Part shown: positions 25,828-34,685 of the stretch, piece after piece
How the letters are laid out: every line of letters starts with the position of its first letter
Position numbering within the stretch: the first letter of the stretch is position 1
From: an uncultured Gammaproteobacteria bacterium
GTDB lineage: Bacteria > Patescibacteriota > Patescibacteriia > SG8-24 > DYFX01
DNA length: 44,117 bases
NCBI GenBank assembly: GCA_964388605.1
Contig: CAYMBC010000001.1
Location: 1-44,117 of the forward strand
Direction: 5' to 3'
The notes under the pieces: generated by a model
Seen by the model: the letters and a program-made list of their open reading frames with translations, nothing else
Databases searched by the model: none
Told to the model about the DNA's origin: nothing
Position numbers and translations under genes: made by a program

Positions 25828-26289
25828 ATGCGCAAGACATCCGGACGAGGATCGCGGCGCTCCCGATGGCTGGTGATCGGGCTGGCTGCCTCCTCCCTTG
25901 TGGCGGGGTTCGGCTTTGCCCGTGAAACCCTGCGTACCCGCCATATCGACCGCGAAATCGAAGCCTTGCGCGCGGAGGCCGAAGCGCTCCGTATCCGCAA
26001 CTTTCAGGTTTCTTCGCTGCAAGCTTCGCTCGAGAGCGGAGAATTTCTCGAGCGCGAAGGGCGCGTGAAACTCGGCTTGCAGAAAGAAGGCGAGAGCGTC
26101 GTCGTGCTTCGCAGAGACGAGGCGGGGGATCGAGGATCCGGAGCGGAGCCGTCCTTGCGTGATTCCAGAGAAAGATGGTCCAACGTAAAAAAATGGTGGA
26201 AGTATTTCGCCGACCCGCATGCCTTTGCCGAATACGCCCGAACCTACAGCGCTGAGGAACCGTCCGCAGCCGGTCATTCATCACGGTAA
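25828..26289 (+). CDS. Septum formation initiator family protein (FtsB/DivIC-like)
   Basis: Basic N-terminus, a single TM, then the coiled coil IDREIEALRAEAEALRIRNFQVSSLQASLESGEFLEREGRVKLGL, typical of FtsB/DivIC. Confidence 0.7.
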   Translation: MRKTSGRGSRRSRWLVIGLAASSLVAGFGFARETLRTRHIDREIEALRAEAEALRIRNFQVSSLQASLESGEFLEREGRVKLGLQKEGESVVVLRRDEAGDRGSGAEPSLRDSRERWSNVKKWWKYFADPHAFAEYARTYSAEEPSAAGHSSR

Positions 26290-27220
26290 GCCGCCAAGAA
26301 GCCGCGGTTTTTACGTCTTGGTGGCTGCCGGGGGCGCGCTTTTTCTTTTGGCGTTCGGTTTCGGCTTGTATCGATACAATTGGAACGGCGGCGTAACGCA
26401 CATCGTCACGTCCGTGCTGCCGTATCCAGCGGCGATCGTCGATGGGCGCGTGATACGCTTTTCTGAATACCAGGACAACCTTGCCGCGCTTCAAAAATTT
26501 TATGAGACAGAACGGAAACGGGCAGTTCCGGGATCCGTATTTCCAAGCGAAACCGAGCTTAAAGAGCGCGTCCTCGATCGGCTGATCAAAGATCGCTTGG
26601 CGCTCGCGCTCGCGGAACGATACGGCATTGTCGTTACCTCGGAATCCGTTCGTTCCGCGTATGAAGAAACGATTCTCGACCAATCCTCGCTTGAATCAGC
26701 GTCCGGAAAGGCCAAGGCCGAAGCCCGCGCTGCGGAAACGCTGGAGGATCTGTACGGACTCCGCCCGTCCCAATTCAAAAATCGCGTGCTGCATCCGTTT
26801 CTCATCCGCCAAAAATTGGAACACGCGATTCGAAACGATGCCGAGCTCAGCGCGGAAAAATATAAAAAAGCGGAAGCTGCCCTGGCGGAACTTAAGGCTG
26901 GAAAAGATTTCAAAGAGGTAGCCTTGGCATATAGTGAAGACCCGAATGCTGCAGGAACGGGGGGGGAGCGCGGCTTGATCGGCCGGGGGCTTTTGCCTCC
27001 TGAGGTGGAGGCGGCGGCATTCGCCCTTTCTCCCGGGGAAACAAGCCCTCTTGTCACGAGCGCGCTCGGGTATCACGTGCTCCGGGTCACCGAGCGCCGG
27101 GAAGCCGGTGGGGTCGTTTCCAAGGTCAAGCTTCAGGAAATCCTGATCCGCCCGATCGATTTGGACGACTATCTGGAGGCCCAGAAAAAAACGGCTTCGA
27201 TCATTGTTTTCGTCCATTGA
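26219..27220 (+). CDS. Membrane-anchored parvulin-type peptidyl-prolyl isomerase (PrsA/SurA-like)
   Basis: N-terminal TM. PpiC domain GKDFKEVALAYSEDPNAAGTGGERGLIGRGLLPPEVEAAAFAL...GYHVLRV. The start is uncertain because the only ATG gives a 71-nt overlap with the upstream gene. Confidence 0.8.
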   Translation: MPLPNTPEPTALRNRPQPVIHHGKPPRSRGFYVLVAAGGALFLLAFGFGLYRYNWNGGVTHIVTSVLPYPAAIVDGRVIRFSEYQDNLAALQKFYETERKRAVPGSVFPSETELKERVLDRLIKDRLALALAERYGIVVTSESVRSAYEETILDQSSLESASGKAKAEARAAETLEDLYGLRPSQFKNRVLHPFLIRQKLEHAIRNDAELSAEKYKKAEAALAELKAGKDFKEVALAYSEDPNAAGTGGERGLIGRGLLPPEVEAAAFALSPGETSPLVTSALGYHVLRVTERREAGGVVSKVKLQEILIRPIDLDDYLEAQKKTASIIVFVH

Positions 27221-27291
27221 AGTTTTTTTGCGGTTCCGGTACCGTGAGCGCGTCGTCCGCCGTGCGGCGCGGCTTGACGCGAAAACCTCTT

Positions 27292-27365
27292 GCGGGTATC
27301 GTACATCGGTAGTATGCGACCTTCCCAAGGTTGAGAGACGGGTTCGATTCCCGTTACCCGCTCCA
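27292..27365 (+). tRNA. tRNA-Gly (anticodon CCC), CCA encoded
   Basis: Hand-folded. Acceptor GCGGGTA/TACCCGC, anticodon stem CGACC/GGTTG, loop TTCCCAA, T arm ACGGG-TTCGATT-CCCGT, discriminator T plus CCA. Confidence 0.85.
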
Positions 27366-27366
27366 T

Positions 27367-27442
27367 GCCACCTTAGCTCAGCCGGTAGAGCAATGCTTTC
27401 GTAAAGCAGAGGTCCGGGGTTCGATTCCCCGAGGTGGCTCCA
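27367..27442 (+). tRNA. tRNA-Thr (anticodon CGU), CCA encoded
   Basis: Hand-folded. Acceptor GCCACCT/AGGTGGC, D arm GCTC-AGCCGGTA-GAGC, loop TTCGTAA, T arm CGGGG-TTCGATT-CCCCG, discriminator T plus CCA. Confidence 0.85.
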
Positions 27443-27446
27443 AAAC

Positions 27447-27471
27447 AACCCGACTCACATCGGGTTTTTTT
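27447..27471 (+). terminator. Rho-independent terminator after the tRNA pair
   Basis: AACCCGA-ctcaca-TCGGGTT followed by TTTTT. Confidence 0.7.
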
Positions 27472-27498
27472 GCATGTCCACACGTTTGCCAGCCCGTA

Positions 27499-27507
27499 TG
27501 TTATACT
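27499..27507 (+). promoter_or_regulatory. Extended -10 box (TGtTATACT) 6 nt upstream of the ftsE ATG 27514
   Basis: gtaTGtTATACTgtcgctATG; no SD. Confidence 0.5.
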
Positions 27508-27513
27508 GTCGCT

Positions 27514-28194
27514 ATGATCCGCTTGAAGAACGTCTCCAAGATGTACGGCCCCGATATCGTCGGGGTGAAAAACGTCAATGTGCACATTCGCCCCGGCGAG
27601 TTCGTTTCGATTGTCGGGCAGAGCGGCACGGGCAAATCCACGCTCGTGAAGCTTTTGATTGCCGAGGAAAAGCCGAGCGCCGGGTCGATCCAAGTCGGCG
27701 GCTGGGAGATCGGCCGGATCAGCGAAAAGGATGTTCCCGGACTTCGGCGCCAAATCGGCGTCGTCTTTCAGGATTTCAAATTGCTGCCGAAAAAGACCGT
27801 GTTCGAGAATGTATCGTTCGCTCTCGAGGTCGCGGGCGTTTCCGGACATCGCATCCGCGAAGTGGTGCCGCATGTCCTCCGCATCGTGAATCTCGCGGGC
27901 AAGGAAGACCGGTATCCGCAGCAGCTTTCCGGGGGCGAGCAGCAGCGCGTCGTCATCGCGAGATCGCTCGTGCATCGCCCGAAGCTGATCGTCGCCGACG
28001 AGCCGACCGGCAACCTCGACACCATCCATACCGGGGAGATCGTCGACATCTTTCGCAAGATCAACGAGTTCGGAACGACGGTTGTCATGGTTACCCACAA
28101 TCGCGAAATCGTGAACGCGCTTCGAAAGCGCGTGCTCACGATCCATGCCGGGGAGATCGTCGCGGATCACGAAGAAGGTAAATACTTGATTTAG
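27514..28194 (+). CDS. ftsE: Cell-division ABC transporter ATP-binding protein FtsE
   Basis: ATG 27514 (MIRLKNVSKMYG). Walker A GQSGTGKST, signature LSGGEQQRV, Walker B LIVADEPT. The listed 27331 start runs through the two tRNA genes. Confidence 0.9.
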   Translation: MIRLKNVSKMYGPDIVGVKNVNVHIRPGEFVSIVGQSGTGKSTLVKLLIAEEKPSAGSIQVGGWEIGRISEKDVPGLRRQIGVVFQDFKLLPKKTVFENVSFALEVAGVSGHRIREVVPHVLRIVNLAGKEDRYPQQLSGGEQQRVVIARSLVHRPKLIVADEPTGNLDTIHTGEIVDIFRKINEFGTTVVMVTHNREIVNALRKRVLTIHAGEIVADHEEGKYLI

Positions 28195-28199
28195 CCGAC

Positions 28200-29111
28200 A
28201 TGTTCGTTTCCGGCGCTCGCGTCGTCAAATTCGCGTTGAAGGATTTCTGGAGGAATCTGGGATTGTCGCTCATGACGATCTCGATCCTCGTTTTGACGTA
28301 TTTGTCGCTCAACCTGCTCGTGATCGTCAATTTTTTCACCGACGCTGCCGTGACCGTGGTCGAGAATCGGGTCGACATTTCCGTCTATTTCGGGACCGAC
28401 GTTTCAGACGACCGTATCTTGGCCGTTCGGGGAGACCTGACCTCGCTTCCGGAAGTGAAGGAGATCGCATTCATTTCTCGAGAACAGGCGCTCGAGCAGT
28501 TCAAGCGCTCTCATGCCGATGAGCCTTCTATTTTGGAAGCGCTGCGCGAGGTTGGAGAAAATCCTCTGGGGGCCGTCCTGGTCGTGAAGGCCAAAGATGC
28601 GGCGAGCTACGGCCCGATTCTCGAAGCGCTCGACAGCCCGGCGGTCAAGGCGCTGGTGGCCGACAAAACCGTCGAGGATCATCGCGCGCTAATCGAACGA
28701 TTGACGCTGATTACCGCCAAGGTACAGCGCGCCGCTCTGGCGCTCAGCCTCGTTTTCGCGCTGATCTCGCTGCTTATCGTTTTTAACACGATCCGGGTTT
28801 CTATCTATATCCATCGCGAGGAAATCGCCATTATGCGACTTGTCGGAGCGTCGAATCACTTTGTCCGCATGCCGTTTTTAATCGAAACCCTCTTTTTCAA
28901 CGCGATCGCGCTCGGTCTCGTGGCTGCTGCCGTCTTCCCGACGCTCGGCGTCATTGAGCCGGCTGTACGGGCTTTTTTCGATGCCGACGTGGCGATCGGT
29001 GCCTACTATCGTGCGCACTGGCTTGAAATTTTCGGGTACCAGCTCGGGGCCGTGTCTTTTTTGAGCTTAATCGCGACTGCGCTTTCGATGGGAAGATATT
29101 TGAAAAAATAA
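28200..29111 (+). CDS. ftsX: Cell-division permease-like protein FtsX
   Basis: Directly downstream of ftsE. TM1, an extracytoplasmic domain and three C-terminal TM helices. IAIMRLVGASNHFVRMPFL is typical of FtsX. Confidence 0.85.
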   Translation: MFVSGARVVKFALKDFWRNLGLSLMTISILVLTYLSLNLLVIVNFFTDAAVTVVENRVDISVYFGTDVSDDRILAVRGDLTSLPEVKEIAFISREQALEQFKRSHADEPSILEALREVGENPLGAVLVVKAKDAASYGPILEALDSPAVKALVADKTVEDHRALIERLTLITAKVQRAALALSLVFALISLLIVFNTIRVSIYIHREEIAIMRLVGASNHFVRMPFLIETLFFNAIALGLVAAAVFPTLGVIEPAVRAFFDADVAIGAYYRAHWLEIFGYQLGAVSFLSLIATALSMGRYLKK

Positions 29112-29121
29112 AATCCCCGGG

Positions 29122-29991
29122 TTAGTGCGGGGATCGGACGAGCTCATAGAGCCAGTAGAGCCAGTCGTCGGTTATTGGTTTTTCAGGCGCAAGTTCCTCG
29201 GAGAGTTTTTCGAGCTCACAACGGTGTTGCTCGACGATCGCGCGCTGATCCGCGCTCCTCCCGGCCTGCCAGAACATCTGCGAGAGCGCTTTGCGCGCAT
29301 CGGGCGTCACGAGGACGTAGCGGTTGTGGCCGCCGATCGTATGCGCTTGGGGAGGCACGATGTAGGGCTCTTGGCTTGGCGCGGTCATGACGCGCTCCAG
29401 CTCGTACTCAAGCTCTTTCTGCGTATAGAGGCGTATTTGCGGCGCGAGCACGCTTTGACAGCGGCCTCTCATCCCAAGTTCCTCGGCGATTGCGTCGAAG
29501 GCCTCGTTGTGCCTCTTCGCGTCGTCGATGCAGAGAATGTGCATATCCGGATCTTTCTCGAAACTCTTGAGAATGATCCGGTAGCTCTCTGATTTCGGCT
29601 GGTGACCGACGAAGAGCTGCCAGCGAACCGACAGCCTGCGCTGAAGGAGAAAAGCCATGACCCGCATGGCGAGAAAGCTCGAACGAGCCGTGACGATGTC
29701 TTGCGATTGTTGTAGCCGTTCGCATTTTCTCGCCAAGCCGATCCACGGCCCGTCTTCGAGAATCTGGGTGATGAGGCGTTCCTCATACGTGAAGTATCGC
29801 TCCACATCGTAGCCGAGAAGGACGAAAGCATCGTCGCTTCGGCCGGAGACGAGGACGTGATCGATGTCCCAGATGAGGTGCACCTTCTTGCCGGAAGCGA
29901 CAAGGAGGCGGATGCGCTCGGTTACCTCGTCGACGAGGCCTTGGCAGCGTTGCAGCTCTTCGTCGGTACTTGGTAGAAAGGGCATGTGCAC
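29122..29991 (-). CDS. HAD-superfamily-like hydrolase (hypothetical)
   Basis: HLIWDIDHVLVSG (DxDxV motif I), IVTARS (motif II Ser/Thr) and ILCIDDAKRH (motif IV DD). AAGGAG lies 5 nt upstream of the ATG. Confidence 0.5.
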   Translation of the reverse strand: MHMPFLPSTDEELQRCQGLVDEVTERIRLLVASGKKVHLIWDIDHVLVSGRSDDAFVLLGYDVERYFTYEERLITQILEDGPWIGLARKCERLQQSQDIVTARSSFLAMRVMAFLLQRRLSVRWQLFVGHQPKSESYRIILKSFEKDPDMHILCIDDAKRHNEAFDAIAEELGMRGRCQSVLAPQIRLYTQKELEYELERVMTAPSQEPYIVPPQAHTIGGHNRYVLVTPDARKALSQMFWQAGRSADQRAIVEQHRCELEKLSEELAPEKPITDDWLYWLYELVRSPH

Positions 29992-30327
29992 TCCTTGCGT
30001 CCGCGTGGACGCTTCGAGGGTAGCAATGAATAGAACCGTCCGTCAATGGACGGACGGCAGAGGGGCAACCAACTTCGCGTACGAGGATGAGGCGCTTGTC
30101 GGGGTCTTCGAAAATGGCGGAACGCCGTTGGCGGCGCAACGTGCGAGCCGATTTCCTTTGAGGAGAACTCATGCGTGCAGGCGCCGAAGGCGCTCGAAGA
30201 ATGAAGGGGTTCAGTGCACGCTGCTCCTTGGCGAGCGCGCGGCATTGACTGCGCGGATCGTTTTTTGGTTTCCTCATGACCTGCCTCCGAGGTTGCGCGC
30301 CGCAACCGCCAACGGAGAATGAACGCG

Positions 30328-30825
30328 TTAATCCGCAAGAATCTTCGTGGCGGACGTCAGCGCCGCGCGAATCGCCTCCAGATCCTGCCTTGAAACGTCG
30401 TTGCCTCGCAGGTCGAGCGTGAGCAGGTTCTTGAGGTTTCCGAGTTCCATCGGGAGGCCGGTGAGATTGTTGTTAGAGAGATCCAATATTTGCAAAGCGG
30501 ACAATTGCCCGATTTCCGCCGGGACGCCGCTCAAAAGGTTTTCGCTGGCGTCTAAAAGACGCAAGCGCTTCAAATGGCGAATCTCGCCGGGCAAAGCGCC
30601 CGTCAGGCGGTTTCCGGAAAGATCAAGTTCCTCGAGGTGTGTTTTTTCAAAAAGCGAGGAGGGCAAATTTTCCAGGCTCTTGCCGGAGAGATCGAGTCGT
30701 GCCGTTGCAGGGGCGGTGTTTTCGACAGCGACGATACTGTCTTTTTCCTCCGTGGGCGCTGTTGTTCCAGTACAGCCGGCCCCAAGCATCAAGAATACGG
30801 AGAAAAAGATTGGATACTTCTTCAT
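30328..30825 (-). CDS. Leucine-rich-repeat lipoprotein
   Basis: ATG 30825 gives MKKYPIFFSVFLMLGAGC (lipobox L-G-A-G-C). It is followed by about five LxxLxLxxNxL repeats. Confidence 0.8.
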   Translation of the reverse strand: MKKYPIFFSVFLMLGAGCTGTTAPTEEKDSIVAVENTAPATARLDLSGKSLENLPSSLFEKTHLEELDLSGNRLTGALPGEIRHLKRLRLLDASENLLSGVPAEIGQLSALQILDLSNNNLTGLPMELGNLKNLLTLDLRGNDVSRQDLEAIRAALTSATKILAD

Positions 30826-31053
30826 AGGCAATCATGGTGTGTTTCGGGGCCTTCGCCGCGTTCCCGCACGCCAGCGTTTTTTCGCTTCCGCACCAGAAAT
30901 CGGAGAAGGAGCCTCGGGGACAATCTGCGCGGCGTTCCTGCCGGGAGTATAGCACACATCAGGCTTCTGCGGTGTTTGCAAAAATGCAGGAACAAGGCGT
31001 GTCCGTGATCTTTTCGTGGTATGTACGGGAGTGCTGCGCGTTCCGGAATGTTG

Positions 31054-31062
31054 TGTTATAGT
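31054..31062 (+). promoter_or_regulatory. Extended -10 box (TGtTATAGT) upstream of the pilus operon
   Basis: gtTGtTATAGTgaatgggataagcgtATG. 15 nt to ATG 31078, so a very short leader without a clear SD. Confidence 0.45.
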
Positions 31063-31077
31063 GAATGGGATAAGCGT

Positions 31078-31440
31078 ATGGCAAAAAAAATACTGATTAT
31101 CGAAGATGAAAAGCCTCTTGCACGCGCTCTTGAGTTGAAATTGGCGCATGAAGGTTTTGAGACGAAATCTCTGTCAAACGGCGAAGATATCCTTGCGACG
31201 CTTGCCGGCGGAGGATTTGTCCTTGTCGTGTGCGACTTGGTCATGCCAAAAGTGGACGGTTTTCAGGTTTTGCAGACGATAAAAGAAAAGAACCTGAAAA
31301 TTCCGGTCATTATCCTGACCAACTTGAGCCAGCCGGAGGACGAGAAAAAAGCGCGCTCGCTCGGTGCGGCGGAGTTTTTCATAAAATCGAGCACGCCGAT
31401 CGCGCGGATCGTTGAGCATATTAAGGAAATGGTCGGGTAA
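31078..31440 (+). CDS. Single-domain (REC-only, CheY-like) response regulator
   Basis: ILIIEDE, phospho-acceptor context LVVCDLVMPKVDG, IILTN, and the conserved Lys in FFIKS. There is no output domain. Confidence 0.85.
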   Translation: MAKKILIIEDEKPLARALELKLAHEGFETKSLSNGEDILATLAGGGFVLVVCDLVMPKVDGFQVLQTIKEKNLKIPVIILTNLSQPEDEKKARSLGAAEFFIKSSTPIARIVEHIKEMVG

Positions 31441-31445
31441 TCGAG

Positions 31446-33101
31446 ATGCCTATGACGTTTGATCAGGAGGAGATCAAGAAGGTATTGCTCGACGGGAATT
31501 ACGTGGCGGAGGAAGATCTTCGGAAAGCCGAGGCGTACGCGCAGGAGCATCGCGGTTCGTTGGTCGAGTACCTGCTTCTCGAGGGGCTTACGAGCAACGA
31601 CATGATCGGGCAGGCGATCGCGGAAGCGCGCGGTGTACCGTACTCGAACCTGAGCGTACACGCGCCATCGCGGGAACAAGTGCTTCTTTTGCCGGAGGAT
31701 GTCGCAAAAAAACTCCGCACGGTCGTCTTCGAATTGACGGACTCTAAAGTCATTATCGCGACGGATGATCCGGCTGCGGACGGCTTGGTGGAGGCCTTAG
31801 CCCCTTTTTTCTCGGGGAGGAAAGTGGAAATCACGTTTTCTCTTCCCGAGGGCATTGATGCGGCCTTTGCCAGCTATCAGAAAGGGCTCGAAACGCGCTT
31901 CGCTAAAATCGTCGAAAGCAAAGGGCGAGCCGCTCCTGAAATCGTGGATCAGATTTTGGAGGATGCGCTTTTATTGAAAGCTTCGGACATACATTGCGAG
32001 CCCCAGGAAAAAAACGTGGTCGTGCGCTTCCGAGTCGACGGCATGCTGCACGAAGCGGGCTCATTGCCGAAGGAGTTTTATGAGAACATCCTCAATCGTT
32101 TCAAGGTGCAGTCTCGGCTTCGCATTGACGAGCATTTCAGCGCCCAGGACGGGGCGATACGCTATGCATCCAAGCAGTACGCGCATCCGGTAGATTTGCG
32201 CGTTTCCATCGTTCCGACCCTTGATGGGGAAAAAATAGCCGTTCGTATTTTGTCCTCGTACGTGCGCGAGCTGACGCTCAGCGATATCGGGCTTTCGAAA
32301 AAATTGCAAGAACAGATCACGTCAAGTTCTCGAAAGCCGTTCGGGATGATTTTGGTGACCGGGCCGACGGGAAGCGGAAAAACAACCACGCTGTATTCGC
32401 TTATCAAAACCATTAACAGCGAGAAGGTCAACATCACCACCATCGAAGATCCGGTAGAGTATAAGATGGAGGGCGTGAACCAAATCCAGGTGAATGCTCA
32501 AACCAATCTGACATTCGCGAAAGGGTTGCGAGCGGTCGCGCGCCAGGACCCGAACGTGATCCTGGTAGGTGAAATTCGCGACCTTGAAACCGCGGACATC
32601 GCCGTCAATGCCGCGCTGACGGGGCACCTTCTTCTTTCCACATTCCATGCGAATAACGCTGCGACGGCGATTCCCCGCCTGATCGACATGGGCGTCGAGC
32701 CTTTCCTGCTCAGTTCTACCTTGGAGCTTATTGTTTCGCAGCGGCTTGTCCGGAAAATTTGCGATGCGTGCAAGGTGAGTTATAAGGCAGCAAAAACGGA
32801 AATCAAGAAGTATGGAGAACCGGTTGCTGGGTTTTTCGGCGGACCATCGTTTACGCTGTATCAAGGCAAGGGGTGCAGCGCGTGCTCGTACACCGGTTTC
32901 AAGGGGCGTATCGGCGTGTATGAATCCATCGCGACTTCCCCCGAACTGCAAGATATGATCGCAAAAATCCCGTCGACGAAAGATATTGCCGATCTCGTTC
33001 GCTCGCAGGGTTTCTCCTCGATGTTTGAGGACGGCATTGAAAAAGTGAAGGCGGGCGTGACGACGCTTGAAGAACTTTTGCGGGTCGTAAACCGCCCATA
33101 A
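31446..33101 (+). CDS. pilB: Type IV pilus / type II secretion assembly ATPase (GspE/PilB family)
   Basis: Walker A VTGPTGSGKTTT, Asp box ITIEDPVEY, Walker B ILVGEIRD, His box LLSTFHAN, and a tetracysteine motif CDAC...CSAC. Confidence 0.9.
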   Translation: MPMTFDQEEIKKVLLDGNYVAEEDLRKAEAYAQEHRGSLVEYLLLEGLTSNDMIGQAIAEARGVPYSNLSVHAPSREQVLLLPEDVAKKLRTVVFELTDSKVIIATDDPAADGLVEALAPFFSGRKVEITFSLPEGIDAAFASYQKGLETRFAKIVESKGRAAPEIVDQILEDALLLKASDIHCEPQEKNVVVRFRVDGMLHEAGSLPKEFYENILNRFKVQSRLRIDEHFSAQDGAIRYASKQYAHPVDLRVSIVPTLDGEKIAVRILSSYVRELTLSDIGLSKKLQEQITSSSRKPFGMILVTGPTGSGKTTTLYSLIKTINSEKVNITTIEDPVEYKMEGVNQIQVNAQTNLTFAKGLRAVARQDPNVILVGEIRDLETADIAVNAALTGHLLLSTFHANNAATAIPRLIDMGVEPFLLSSTLELIVSQRLVRKICDACKVSYKAAKTEIKKYGEPVAGFFGGPSFTLYQGKGCSACSYTGFKGRIGVYESIATSPELQDMIAKIPSTKDIADLVRSQGFSSMFEDGIEKVKAGVTTLEELLRVVNRP

Positions 33102-33115
33102 AGGCGGAACTTTGC

Positions 33116-34249
33116 ATGAGGCAGATACAGGTCAGAAAATCCTACGAGAAGGAAGGATTTAAAGAGCCTGTTTTTGGCTATCGTCCGGATTGGCCGTATA
33201 TAAGCATTGGGTTCGGGGACGAGCGTGAGTATTTTGTTGAAAACCTGAGCCTGCTGATTTCTTCCGGAATGGGTATGTTGAACGCGCTTGAAGCGATGAG
33301 CGCGTCCATGAAAACCCGGAAGATGAAAAAAATCGTTCGCATGATAGAGGTGATGGTGAATGAAGGTTCTCCGCTTTGGCGCGCGCTTGAGGAAACAGGA
33401 ATCCTCCCAGAACGGGAAATATCTCTCGTACGCGCGGGGGAGGAGGCGGGAAGGCTCCCTGAGCACCTGAATCTCGTGACGTTGCAGCGGCACAAGGACA
33501 AAGTTTTCAAATCGCGTCTGCGTTCGGCGCTCATCTATCCCGGCATCGTCCTTTTTCTCGCTTTCCTTGTCGCAGTGGGAGGAGCTTGGCTCATCTTGCC
33601 GAAACTCGTGGCCATTTTCTCAGAATCCAACGGCACGCTCCCGGTTGCGACGCGCCTGTTGCTGTCGGTGGGCACGTTTTTTGGGCGGTATGGAACCCTT
33701 GCTGCCCTAGGTTCCGTCGCGCTCGTGCTGTTTTTGGCCTACGCAGCCTTTATCAACAGGAAGACGAGATTCATTGGCGACGCGATTTTATTCACGTTCC
33801 CCGTCATCAAGAAGCTGGCGCGCGGCGTCGAGATGGCGCGTTTCGGCTACGTGCTCGGAGCTCTTTTGCAGGCTGGGTTTCAAGTGAACGATGCTTTATC
33901 ATCGGTCATCAAGGGAACGAGATACGATTCTTACCGCAAGTTTTACGGGTACTTAAGGGAGTGCGTCTCGAACGGCGAGACTTTTAAATCCGCCTTTTCG
34001 AATTCTAAAAAGACTGATCGTTTCATTCCAAGGCCGATACAGCAACTTATCGTGTCATCCGAAAGCTCTGGGAAGCTTCCGGAAACGCTTATTAAAATCG
34101 GGGTTATTTTTGAGGAGAAAACAGATGCGATGTCCCAAGACCTTTCGACCGTCCTTGAACCCATCGTCTTGATCATCGTCGGTCTTGTCGTCGGTTTCGT
34201 TGTGCTGGCCATTATCGGTCCGATCTATGACCTTTCCAACCAGCTCTAA
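33116..34249 (+). CDS. pilC: Type IV pilus / T2SS platform protein (GspF/PilC family)
   Basis: Two T2SSF-type repeats, each ending in TM helices. C-terminal LEPIVLIIVGLVVGFVVLAIIGPIYDL is typical. Confidence 0.85.
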   Translation: MRQIQVRKSYEKEGFKEPVFGYRPDWPYISIGFGDEREYFVENLSLLISSGMGMLNALEAMSASMKTRKMKKIVRMIEVMVNEGSPLWRALEETGILPEREISLVRAGEEAGRLPEHLNLVTLQRHKDKVFKSRLRSALIYPGIVLFLAFLVAVGGAWLILPKLVAIFSESNGTLPVATRLLLSVGTFFGRYGTLAALGSVALVLFLAYAAFINRKTRFIGDAILFTFPVIKKLARGVEMARFGYVLGALLQAGFQVNDALSSVIKGTRYDSYRKFYGYLRECVSNGETFKSAFSNSKKTDRFIPRPIQQLIVSSESSGKLPETLIKIGVIFEEKTDAMSQDLSTVLEPIVLIIVGLVVGFVVLAIIGPIYDLSNQL

Positions 34250-34685
34250 AGCTTCTCAAGGCGGATTCACGCTCGTCGAGACGGTCGTTGTGTTGGGGAT
34301 TATCAGCTTGCTAGCCACGATTTCCTCTTCGATTTACGGAAACTTCAAAGCTCGGGAGAATCTCGAATTGGCCGCGCTTACCGTCGTGGAGGGCGTGCGC
34401 CACGCGCAGGCGAACGCGCAGGCCGGCAAAGATGGCAGCGCGTGGGGGGTCGCCTTTCTTGCGGATACGATTATTGTATTCAAGGGAGCGCAGTATGCGG
34501 AGAGGGATGCTGCCCGGGATCAGGTTGTCGCGCTTCCTCCCGGAGTTTCCGTCACGGGGGTTTCCGAAATAGGCTTTAGCGGGATCGTTGGGGCCAATGC
34601 AATGCCTGGAACCGTGATGCTTGCCAACGCGTACGGAGAAAAACATATCGTGATCAATGAAAAAGGAGTCGTTACCTATTACTAA
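34227..34685 (+). CDS. Prepilin-type minor pilin, GspH/FimT-like
   Basis: ATG 34227. Leader MTFPTSSKASQGG then FTLVETVVVLGIISLLA (G|FTLxE class III signal with Glu5). The C-terminal IVINEKGVV pattern resembles GspH. Confidence 0.75.
   Translation: MTFPTSSKASQGGFTLVETVVVLGIISLLATISSSIYGNFKARENLELAALTVVEGVRHAQANAQAGKDGSAWGVAFLADTIIVFKGAQYAERDAARDQVVALPPGVSVTGVSEIGFSGIVGANAMPGTVMLANAYGEKHIVINEKGVVTYY

Noticed and set aside
26219-26289. 71-nt overlap between the FtsB-like and PpiC genes, considered as a possible frameshift or fusion.
   Set aside because: Both frames are open and both regions are low-complexity tails. No homopolymer or slippery site is evident. A mis-called start, or a real overlap, is more likely.
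27331-27513. N-terminal extension of the ftsE ORF as listed in the ORF track.
   Set aside because: It translates straight through the tRNA-Gly and tRNA-Thr genes and their terminator. ATG 27514 gives the canonical FtsE N-terminus.
29783-30277. 164-aa minus-strand ORF with a good SD (GGAGG) starting in the long spacer.
   Set aside because: The product is extremely basic and low in complexity. The ORF runs out of frame through the start of the HAD-like gene, which has its own SD and HAD motifs.
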